A stretch of DNA of 64,000 bases, taken from the IMG/VR virus record IMGVR_UViG_3300042542_005394, positions 1 to 64,000 of that record. One strand, written 5' to 3'. The DNA comes from a virus. The notes under the pieces were generated by a model that had not been told where the DNA came from, did no database searches, and worked only from the letters and a program-made list of their open reading frames with translations. This document shows, piece after piece, positions 1 through 12,300 of this stretch. How positions within the stretch are numbered: position 1 is the stretch's first letter; every line of letters begins with the position of its first letter. The translations under genes were made by a program, and so were the position numbers.

Positions 1-349
1 GGCATTAACAAAGACGGGTCCGTTAAATTGTCTGACCCGAATAGCGATGGCACTTGGACAGCACAAGCCAACATGATAGAAAGATATGCTAGAGGTGGAG
101 CTGTTCAAAGCTTTATGGCCGGTGGAGCAGCTAAAAAAATAGCTTTCAAGGTTGGCGATAAAGTACGCTCTCTCGAAGAGTGGGGATTAGATCGCGAAGA
201 TGATCCCGCTTATACTGTGCTCGGCATTAACAAAGACGGGTCCGTTAAATTGTCTGACCCGAATAGCGATGGCACTTGGACAGCACAAGCCAACATGATA
301 GAAAGATATGCTAGAGGTGGAGCTGTTCAAAGCTTTATGGCCGGTGGAG
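1..349 (+). repeat. In-frame direct repeat, 222-nt (74-codon) period
   Basis: Bases 1-127 are identical to 223-349; the first unit is cut by the window edge. Confidence 0.95.
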
Positions 350-3300
350 TAGCAACCAAAACAAGAAAACCAAAAGAAGTTTTTGGAACTGGAGAAACCG
401 AGTTTCCATCAAGAATATCAAAAAAATATGCCGAAGAACAACATTCAGCTGGTGAAAGATTAAGAGCCAAATTAGCATGGGACAGAAATCCTAAAGACGA
501 AAGAATAATAATTGACGATGAAAAAGTAAAAGAGTCTTTCCAGCAGCCATTTGATAGAAACAGATTCATCGCATCATTCAAAGAAAAAATTAGTCGTGAC
601 TCACTATTTGAAAGAATGTCAGATTTTGCCAAGTTCGTAGGACTGCCCCAAGAAGATTTAACAACAGCCCTCCCACTACAACTTGATTTTGGAGCAAGCC
701 AAAGAGGTGGTGGATTAGGTATGTTTGCTGCTGCTCAATTTGAGAAAGGAGCAACTGGAATTAGGCCATATGAAGGTTATGATATATCTAAATCTGGATA
801 TGGAGAAAAACAAAAACAAGAAGCTTATGGACTAGAAAAGCTTATAGAAGCAAAACAAAAAGAAATTAAGAAGATTACAAAAACACCGACTGAAACTTTT
901 GACGATGGTAGTTTCTCTTTTGATAGAGACGCATTTCAGAAAGCTAATATTGAATTAGATAGTCTTAAAAATAGATTCTTTAGATTAAAAGACCTAAAAC
1001 GCGAAGCAGAGAAAGCAGCACTTGCTGAGCAAAATACTGTTTCGTCAGCTACTGGTCGAGGAACTATTAGTTTTGCTCCTTCTATGGGCTATTCTAGCGA
1101 TACCAAGAACAGCACCCTGTATCATGAAATGACACATCAACTATTTCAAGGACTAAGAACAAGATCAGAAGAAAGCTTTAATAAATATAGAACTAAAGTA
1201 GCATCTTTATTTTCTGGAGATAATGATGATCTAGCAGACGCTTTTGATTCTTTAACATCGGGTGGTGGATATTCTAGTGCTGATGTTGTTTATGGTAGGA
1301 GTTATAAATCAAACAACTTAAGTCAAATACTATTAAGTTATTATCGTCAAGTTGGTGATTCTTCTAGGGGCGCTACTCCAATTCCTGAAGATATAACAAA
1401 AAATCTTGCCAGCTTAAGCAATCAAAGCACAACAGCTAAAAGAGCCAGAGAGTATAGACCCATAAATCCTCAAGTGAATAAAGCTTTGCTTCAAGCAGGC
1501 GACAAGTTTGGAATGACTCAAGAGAAGATCAATAGAATGGAAGATAATGGTAAAGAAGAATTCTTAACAACTTTAATAGAAAAGGCTCCTCAGCTTGATC
1601 AACATTTACAAGGGATTTTGGATTCTACCTTAACGGAGCTATTAGGCAGCGCTGGAATTCAAAGACAAAAATATGCTGCGGGCGGTAATGTTAAATTTGC
1701 TGGTGGCGGATATTCTGCAAATACGGTACCAGCATTGGTTAGCAATGGAGAAGCTTTTGTACCACCAGAAACAGCAAGAAAGATTGGATATTCTACGCTT
1801 AACCGAATGAACCAAGCAGACCGCAACGGTATGGGGCGGTTTAGTGAGGGCGGTATTAGTTTATTTAAGGGGCCGGGTAGCGGCACTAGTGACAGTATTG
1901 GTCCAGTAGGATTACCAGTTGGGGGATTTGTTATAAGAGCAGCGGCCACCAAAGCTTTAGGATTTAATAGGGGCGGAGCTGTTCAGAGATTTGCTTTTGG
2001 AGGAGCTCCTAGAGCATTACCTAATGTTAATGTTAATTATAATCAAGCTTTGGCAGTCGTTGGAGTAATGGATTCTGTTACATCTGAATTAGAAAATCTT
2101 GCTGGAGTTTTACAAACATTAGGTGTTAGATCAAGTGATTCTGCTCGAATTATTCAGAGTGGCACGCAGGCAACATATCAACAAGCTATACGAGCAACAG
2201 AAGCTGATATTCGACGAGCAAGATTGGCTGGTGCTACAGCAGAGCAGATTGCTAATGCTGAAAATCAATTAGCTAATATTAGAAATCAAGCTAGACAAGA
2301 TATTGAAACTAGACGTACTTTGGGAGGATTATCTGGAAATCAATTACAGGCAATAGAGTCCAATGCTGAAACAATCAGGAACACAGCCACAGAAAGAATG
2401 AGAAATAGACTAGCTCGTAGAGGAATGAGTCAGGAAGACATTGATACTAGACTACAAGAAAATGCTGGAGCCATAAGCAGAGCGTCATACGAAAGAGCTT
2501 CCAGAGCATCTGGTGTCAATTTAAGAGCAGCTGGTCTAACAGGGGACGATGCTCAAAGATTTGTTCGTCAAAGCATGGGAGATCCTCGCGTATTAAGACA
2601 AATGGATCAACAACTAAGACAGCAATTAAGGAATAGCACTGAATATACAACAGCTAGTAGAGCTCAACAAAGGCAAATGAGACAGTCTGTTGAAGAAGAA
2701 ATTCGTACTCGAAGAGATATTGTTAATAATCTAGCTAGACAAAGAGGCCAGCAAGCTCCTGGTGGTGATCAGAGAGGTAATTTTGGAGGAATGTTGGGTT
2801 TGTCTTTTGGACTACAAGGTCTAGGGTCATTATTGGCTCAACAAATAAATGCTAGTTCTAGCGCCTCTAATGCTGCCACAGCCGGAGCCATTCAAGGCGG
2901 AGTAAGCGGACTAGCAACAGGAGCCATGCTTACTGGCGGTATTCGAGATATGTTAGGAAGTAGTCTTAGTCCAGCAATGTCTAAGCTTTTGGGAGGATTC
3001 GGTTTTGTTGCCACAGCAGCAGCTGCTGTTGGTCAAGCTTTTATAGATTCTCATAATGCTGTCATAACATTTGAGAAAACTTTACAGCAAAACAAAGTAG
3101 AAACAGCACTTAGCGATAGTCAAAAATTATTTGAAAAATTAAATAATGGTATAAAAAATATAGATGTTCAAAGAACTTTAACATCTAAATTAGCAGAAGC
3201 TGGGGACGCTGTTATAGCTGGCATAGAACTTAATAATAGTCGAGCTAAGGCTATGTGGGTTAATCTCCTTGATGTGGGAACATTAAAGGGTAATAATATT

Positions 3301-6300
3301 GCAACAACTTTAGGCAAAAATTTATATGGATTTGCTCCTGATAACGATTCGAATGCTATGGCTCAACGCAGTGAGATTCTGGAAAAGAAAGGAATCCTAA
3401 ATTATTTGAGGTCCACAGATTCTTTCGGAGAAGGAGATATAGGAAGAAGGAAAGAATATGAGTCTTTAATTCCAGAAAAAGCACGAGAAAATTCTAAGAG
3501 TTTTGCCGAAACCGCTAAACTTACTAACGATCTTATCGGAGCTAAGATTCAGAGCGGATCTAGTGTAGAAGATATATTTAAAGACCCAGCATGGGCTAAA
3601 CAAGCAGAAGTTATAGCTCGATCTAATACTGCTGTAGAACAGGAAATCTTAACTATTCGTAATAGAGCAGATATTAGTAATCTTGAAAAAGAAGCACGAA
3701 TTAAGAATATCATATCTATAAATGCAGAAGAAGCTGTCAGACAGCGAGCTTCTGTTGTTGAGAGACAAAAACAAATGAAATCACTAGACGATACCACCAA
3801 CGTCTATACCAGATCTCTTGAAAGAATGTTTCAAAATATGGAACAAAGCATTGGACGCGCAAGCTTTTCACTAGAACAAATGAGTAAAGACATCGATCTT
3901 GTATCAGATTCATTGCAAGGTCAGGCCAAGATAGGAGGAATAGCACTCACAGCGATCAATACCTTGCAAAACCCAAGAGCATACTCTGATCAAGCGGTAT
4001 CTGGAGCCAGAAATGTTGCCGCTGAATCTTTTGGTATCCGATCACCAGAAATGGTTTCTTTACTTGGTGTGGGCGAAAAAATAGAGTCCACCGTAATGAG
4101 CACTATTAACAAAACAGTTAATAAAAATCCTGGTATTACGAATGAAGCTTTAGGAATAGTAGTAGGTCGTGATGTCAAATCTGCGTTAGCAGATTTGTCT
4201 TTACCAGCAGATTTAGTTGATAAATTATCAGGTGAAGTAGGTAATATTCTTAAAGACTTTCAGACATCTGGAGAAGATAAATTAGATTATACCAAGTTAA
4301 GCGAAAAATTAGGCCAATTGAATAGAGTAGTGGATAGTTCTAAACGAGCACAAGAAGTAGCAATTAAAGCTTTAGAATTTTATCAAAATGCTCTCAATAC
4401 CTATGCTCAAAATATTAATAAGACTATTGACTTGCAAATTTCCGCTAATCAAAGACTAAGAAAAGCTACTGATATAGTTACTGATTCTGAGCTATCTTTG
4501 GCAAAAACTTTAGGTAAAAATATTAGTTTGGAAAATGCCAGAGCAACAGTTAATAGCAGAGTAGCAGCCAGAACAGGAGGAGTTACTAATCCTAATGACA
4601 TATTTGATAGTATTAATAAATTAGAAAATACAAGAACCGTTCAACAAGCTGAACAAAGAAGCGCCGCCGACAGAGGAGTATCTGGACAAGCAGACTTTAT
4701 TAAGTTTACTAAGAATTTAGCAGATACTAATGTTGGCTTAAGAGAAAATATTGATGCATTAAAATACTTGGCTGAAAATACGGATATTGCCGCTTCCGCT
4801 ATGGAAAAAATCCAAGAAGCCCAACAAAAGGCTTCGGGCAGAGCGTCATTTATTGAGAAATTAGTTACAAGCACTCCCGAAGAACTAGACTCATTATCAG
4901 GGGCTTTTCAAAGATTGCAGAATAATGCTAATGGACAAATAAATACCATTAATAGATCAGTTGGAGCTCAGCGAGCCTACTACGAGGCTTTGCAAAATGG
5001 CGCAAGCATGATGGAAGCTATGAAAGCTGCTCAAGGAGCTTTTGTTAATGAAAGAAAAGAAACACTAGGCGCTTTGAATGATATTATTCCATTCTTAGGC
5101 GACGGTCAACAAGCTGGTAATGTTAAAGCAAATGTTTTAGAAAGTATGCTTCAAGAATCTGGTATCGGAGTATCTCCATTATTTCAACAAATATTAAATA
5201 CTCTTAGAAATCCAGAAATGGATCCGGCAACTCAGGCCGCTATTGCTGAATATAGAGAGGGTAATAATTTACAGGCTAGAGCAAATGCTCTGTTAGCTCA
5301 ACTTGATTCTAATCTTGCTCGCGATATTGCAAGCCAATCGGCCAAAGCTTTAGCTAGCGCTATGAGTAATGTAAAACTAAATTTTGAGACTACAGAACTA
5401 TCAGACATCGCCAGTAATATACAACAAATTAATGCAAAAATACCGGCTGGTGTTGTTCCTGCTGTTCCTAAAGCCTCTGGCGGTATCATATATGCTGCTG
5501 CTGGACGAGCTATTGACTTTAAGAGTCAAGGTACGGATACTGTGCCAGCAATGTTAACTCCCGGAGAATTTGTTGTTAATAGAGCAGCAACTCAGAGAAA
5601 TTTACCATTATTACATTCTATTAATAGCAATAAGTATAGCGGTGGAGGACCGGTTAAATACTATAGTTCTGGTGGTTATGTAAGTCAAAATTTTAAGAGC
5701 GAATATAAGAAAAGTAGCGACGACCTTAATCTCTCCAGAGAGAAGTACATCGATCCTACCTCAACAGCTTTTAGCGATATAAAATCTGTATTTGCTGGAC
5801 CCGATAAGTTTGTTAGAGGAGTACAACCAACAAATATAAAGGCTCCTTTAGCTACAGGCTCCAGAGGGAAAGCTAGTTTAGCATCGATACAAAGCACAAA
5901 TAGTATGGAAGATTTATATTTAGGAGAAGCTCCAGCCATATTAGTAGAAAAAAATGCAGACAATCAAGATGTATTTGAGTATGGCGTAATGAATAGACCA
6001 CGAGCACACCTATTAAATCCTTTGGGTTATGTGATAGATAAACCTTTTGATACTAAAAATATTACAAAAAATAAATTTGCTGAATATAGAGATAATTTTC
6101 TTCAAAAGCTAAGAGATAATGATATAGATTTATCTACTATGATAGCTAGTAGACCAGCTGTCGATAATTTTGAAAATATTAGACAAAGTTTTATTTCAGA
6201 TGAATTTTATAATCCTAATGTTAGTTCGGACAATCCAGTAGGTATGATTGTCACTAGAAATAAAAATTTAGGAGCAATAGGTTGGAATAAACAAAGCACA

Positions 6301-9300
6301 GATCATCCTAAGACATTAAAACTCTTTAAATTTGGTTCTGCAGAAGAAGATGCTACAATGGTTTCAGATAAAGATTTTGGACTTTATAAGCTTCAACTAG
6401 ATCTAATGATGTCGGAAACTAGCGCAAAGGATCGTATTAAGTTATTGGCTGGTGATAATTCGTGGGTAGCGGATAAAGATAATATTGATAGAATTATTAA
6501 AACACAAGAATTAAATATTGAAGATATTAAAAAGTCTCAAACATTTGCTTTCACCGATCCCAGAAACGCTGCGTTTAACAATCTTTTTAAGGCAGAAGAT
6601 CCAAACCTTAGTAATCTAAGACAAAAATTAGAGATGTTACACAGTGGTGCTGAAGCTATTTTATTGACCGGGTCTGAATTAAACTTTTTTGATCCCAAAG
6701 CCCTTCATCCAGACCATTCAGAAGCAGTAACTCTTTTGCACGTTTTAAGCAATAAATATAGACCTATTCTACAGAAATCCTTAAATACTAAAGAACAAGC
6801 AGATAAAATACATACAGCTTTTCCAAAATTGATGGTTGGCGGAGCAGGATTACAAAATCTAGATCGTCCAATAGATTCTTGGGCTACAAATTACGAATTT
6901 GGAATATATGACGTAGCCGACATGAGTAAAATGAAAACTTTTCCATGGGTAGCTAACGCTGATCCATCTGTTATATCACAAGATATTCAGGCCGCTATAG
7001 ACAATCAAGCTGAACAATTAAAAACAAAATACGGAATCAGCACAAAACCAGTGTCTGATTTTGGTTCATATAAGCTGAAGCTTCCTGATCCTATAGGAGA
7101 TATTGATCTACCATATCATATGCAGTATACAGAATATACTGGGCCTCAGATTGCTACAGATCCTAGCAAAGCTGATTCTAATGGTTTTAATTTGGCTGCT
7201 AATTTAAATAAAGTTTTATTAATGACTCCAAATAATAAAAATCCATTCAGTCCATACTCTCAGTTTAAAAAATATGACTATTCAACAGCTTATGTGAATA
7301 AAAAATTAACTGGTGATGAAATATTTGACAAAGCACATGTGCAACTTGACCAAATTCCCGACTTCGCAACCCTTGTTAAAGGTAATATTGACAGAAATCA
7401 AAGAGATCAACTCAAAGAAAATCTTAAAAGTGTTCAATATAGTATTGACTTAGATTCCTTAACTGATCATGCTAATCATCCAATACTTAAAAATATTCCA
7501 TTGTTTACAGATAGTCCGACAGAGAAAAAAACGCATGTATTTTCTATCGGTGAGTATCTGAGTACAGTAGCAGATAAAGTGTTTGCAGACAAAGATGCCG
7601 CAGCAAAGAAAGCTGTTGGAGAAATTGATGATAAGGGTCAATTAGCTGGTGACGTTATCAAGGATAATGATCTACCAAGAGCTGTTAAAGATTTAGCTAA
7701 ATTATCATTGGGTGTTTTTGGAAGAAGAAGAGTTCCTGGATTACCTGGAAATTGGCTATACAACAGTATCCGTGGAGTGTTACAAAGACCGTTTAGAGAT
7801 TCCGGAGTGGCTAAACAAGCAGCAGGATATACAAGTAATGTATTTGGTAATTTTGGAGGTTATCTGAGCAAATTAGCTCCCATGACAAGAAATGCTAATG
7901 TTTACCAGCAGCTAAAAGAATTATTTACGTTAGGATCTGGCGCCGCTATGGCATTTGCAGGATTAGCCAGTGGTGATACGCGAATGATAGGTCAGTTTAC
8001 TAAGCTTAATCTAAACGCAGAAGATTTATTTAGAACTCTTGGAGGAGCATCATTATTTGGTAGAATTTCTTCAACCCAATTATCTGGCGACTATCAAGCT
8101 ATATTAGGTCAGCAATTAGAAGGAGCCAAGATTAAAACGGTTGGGGCTAATGGTACACTAAGTCCGGTCTCTCCGGATAAAGCTATGCCACAAAAATATA
8201 ATGATTTGGTTAATGTTGCATTTAATCCATATAATGAATTTCCAAGTAAAGATACTCGTAAGGGTATTATTGAAAAACTTACTATGGATATGATTAATGC
8301 GCGAGATCAAATGGGTCTTCCATATTTTGATTCCAATACACAAAGATTCTTATACGGAAATATGTCTTCTTTGTATAATTGGTATGGTGGAAATGGAGTA
8401 TGGGAAGGTCAAGATTATTTCTTTGATAAGAATGCTGATCCTGATAATGCTAAGCGTACTCAACAAGTTATAGATTCTTTAAGAGGACAAGCTGGTCAAG
8501 ATGCATACTCTAAGGGTAATATTGCTCATAATACATTAGGTTTTGCTTCTCGTTATGGAAGTTTACCAACGGATAAATGGTTTGTTCAACGAAGAGAGGC
8601 TGGTTTAAATGCAGAAGCCGAAGCTGTTAACAACCCGAACGCAACCCAAGACGCTCTGAGATTTGCTACTGGAGGCGTGGTATATGCTCAAGATGGTAAG
8701 CATATTAATTTCCAACCTCGTGGAACTGATACTGTTCCAGCAATGTTGACTCCTGGCGAATTTGTAATTAATAGACAAGCCACCCAGAGGAACTTGCCTC
8801 TCCTCAAGTCTATTAATAACGGAGGAGTTCAAGGATTCAGTAGTGGGGGAGTGGCTTATCTTAGTAGGGGAGGACAACCAAACGATGTTTCATCGGGCAG
8901 GTTTGAATTATCTGATGACCAAGCACCATTTTCTCATAGGTCAATCAATCCATTAACGGGAAATAGAACTCCCGAGAAAGGTGATGATCTTGAGAAAAAA
9001 TATAGGATTAACTCTGGTATATATGATTATTTAACCCTGAGAACCACAATGCCAGATTGGTTGGTCTCATTAAATAATTTAAGTTTCGATGATAATAGCA
9101 TGCGCTTTTTTAGCGATGCTTCTTTTTACAAAACTTTAACTAGAATACGAGAAGCTACTGATTTAAGAAGTCTTCAAAATTTATCATATGATTTTGTTAA
9201 AGGCTTTAAATATAGAGACTATAATCAAGATAGTCGTCTTAGCGGCTTTGATTTCACAACCCATCTATCTAAAACAGATGGAATTTTAGGATTAATAGAT

Positions 9301-12300
9301 CCTGATGTGGGGGGAGACCTTCAGCCGAAAGATTTGGTCAAATGGAGAACAACGAAAGCTAAGCTCCAAGCAAAAGGAAGTGCTGCAAGAGTTATTCGAA
9401 ATTTAACTCCTGACCTAGAAAATATAAGAGATATTCTTTCTGATCAAAAGCCCGCGGGAGAGAATAATAATCCAGAGTTTAAAAATAGAAATGATTATGA
9501 GTCACCCGCAGCTTTAATAAGATCTACTGTTAGTCAATGGAAAAAAGACAGACAACAACAACAGCTTAGAGTAAAAGTTCGACAAGAAGAGAGAGCAGCA
9601 GAAGACGGCGGTCAAATTACTATGCCTCCTCATCTTAGTCTAGATTTTGACAAAATTAATGAAGAAGATGTTGTGAAAGATATTCTTACTAAGAATAAAA
9701 CTCCAAATACTAAAAATTTAGTAGATTGGCTCGAAAATAATGTGAAAACAGTATCTGAAAAAGTAGCTGACTTGGTACCTGTTCCAAAGGCTAGTGAGGA
9801 GTGGGATGCTGCTGATGCAGAACGGCCTCGTGTTATTTTAGACCTTATTAAGAATGGCCCAGAAGCTTTCATGATCGGAATGAGAGGAGAAACCAAAGAG
9901 GGCAAGGGTAAGAGACTTATCTATGGGTTACTAAACCAGTCTGCTAGAGTTCAAGGAATTAATAATCTTATTAAAGCTAGATCATTATTTTCTGGATCTG
10001 ATACTCCACTCAGAAAAGATGGAGATATGGCTAGAATAGATAGTAGTTTAGTATATAGCGATCAGACCAGAACTCCTGAAAATTTTGTAGGAAGAGAAGA
10101 TAAAGTAGCAAGGCCGGGGCAATTTAAACCTGGAATTATGTTAGATAGATTAAGAAATCCAGTAGATGATGCTGCAATACCTGGATCCGGACCAAACAGA
10201 GAGGAAACTCCTGCTGAACGCACAGAAAGAGAAAATAGAGCCAGGATGGCAGATAGGAATGGAAGATCGGCTATTCGTGGCCTTGAACTATGGGATACTA
10301 ATAGAGATGGTCAAATTTCTTTTGAAGAATGGAGTGAGTTTACTCCTGAACAACCTAAACTAGAAAGATTTTTTGGCGCTTCTACTGTTGATGCATTAAT
10401 GGGAGCTTATTCTTTAGCATTAAAAGGCTTGGGTCTTAGAGATAAAAACGCCACAGACAATTTCAAACCCAGAACTCTAAAAGACTTTTTTAATAATATT
10501 GATAAAGATAACTCTGGATTTATCGATCCACATGAATTCTCAGATATGGTTGGTCAACCACTTAAATATCTTGATTTAGAAACAGATAGAGAAGCAAAAG
10601 AATTAGGAGATACATTAGGAACACAAAGAGATCCTCGTGGTGCTAATAAATTAGCTTATGCTAGAATAGACAAAGCCCAGATTGCATCAGTAAAAGCATT
10701 ATTAAAACAAGATTTTAAAGAACTATACCCAGTTTCTTTCTCTAAGGCTTCGCAATACTCAGAAAGAGAAGTAATACAACCACAGATAGATGAACTTAGA
10801 AAAATTACAGGGGTTTCTGAGCGAGACAAGATAAATAAAAGAACAGTGTTGGCAAATATAGCATCGTCCTTAAATAAGAATAATAGTGATTGGGGTCTTG
10901 CTCCTAATGTTAAGGAAAATCTTGGTAATATTATCGTTAAAATTAATCAAGATTCTCTGCTATTTCCAGGAGTGGTTAATAAAGCATACACCCAAGGTCT
11001 TGCTATACCTCAAGATCTTCTACACAATACTGATATTAACTATGAGAAGACTCTTAATGCATCAGGGGTTGATAGAGACATATTTGAAACCATATGGCAA
11101 GACTATAAACTATTTTCTAAGTTTGATAACCCAAACAGCAAGGCTTCGTTTGAGAAAACATATAAATTAGAGAATGAACTTAATTCTCAAGAAATGGGAG
11201 AAGCCGAAGAAAGAAGTAAAGCAGCAGCGGAACTAAATCAAAAAGCAAAAAATAAAAGAGCAGCTAAAAATGATCTAACAAAAAAGATTTTAAGAGAAGA
11301 ACTATTTGTTAAAGATAGTTATTTCAAAGAATTTCCCAAACAATGGGGTGGCAGATACAAGGATTACTACGATTTACCTGATCCAACTCTTGCTCGACAT
11401 GTTGAGATGTATAACTCATCAATACCTTCCGGAGAATCCGGTCGTCTATCAATGCCAACTGCAGATCAAGAGCAGGATCATAAAGACAGATTAAAAGATA
11501 TTAGCAAAAATCCAAATCCAATTTATGCTAGTAATGGAATGCTTATTCCTTATCAGCCAAGAGGTACCGATACCGTTCCTGCAATGCTCACGCCGGGAGA
11601 GTTTGTAGTCAATAGAGCCGCAACACAAAGAAATTTACCATTATTAAAATCTATCAATAGTAATACATATCTAGCTAAAGGAGGTTCGGTCGGCCAAACT
11701 GTAATAAATATTCCAGCAAATACCATAAAAAATAATCTAGATACCATAAACACAAATGCAATTAAAAACTATAATATATCAAAACACATTAAAGAACAAA
11801 ATAGTTTAATGATAAGAGGAGCCGAGCAGACACACAGAGAAACACTCAATATAGGTAATGATGTTGGAGAAATGAGAGATCAGTCAACCTCAACTTATAT
11901 TGAGACACAGCAAATGATTGGGAAGGCAAGAGAGATAATGGAAAGATATCAGCAGCTTCCGAACAATTTGAGTACCGGTGGAATAGTTTATGCTGCTGAT
12001 GGTACATTAATAAACTATCAACCTCGCGGTACCGATACTGTTCCTGCAATGTTAACTCCCGGTGAATTTGTTGTTAACGCCCAAGCAACCAGAGCTAATC
12101 TGCCATTATTACAAAGTATTAATCAAAGCAAGGGTGGTAGCATTAAAGGATTTGCTAATGGTGGGGTAATTTATGCTACTGACGGCGGCACAATCCCAAC
12201 TAAGCCAGACGGTTCTGCTGATACTAATTTTGATGCTCGTAAAGCTAAACGAACAGCATATTTACAAAGGCAGATAGAAAAAGAAGAAAAATCAGAATTT

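Noticed and set aside
28-30. TTG start of the 5082-aa ORF
   Set aside because: The frame is open to base 1 and this codon is an internal Leu of the repeated unit; the gene starts upstream of the window.
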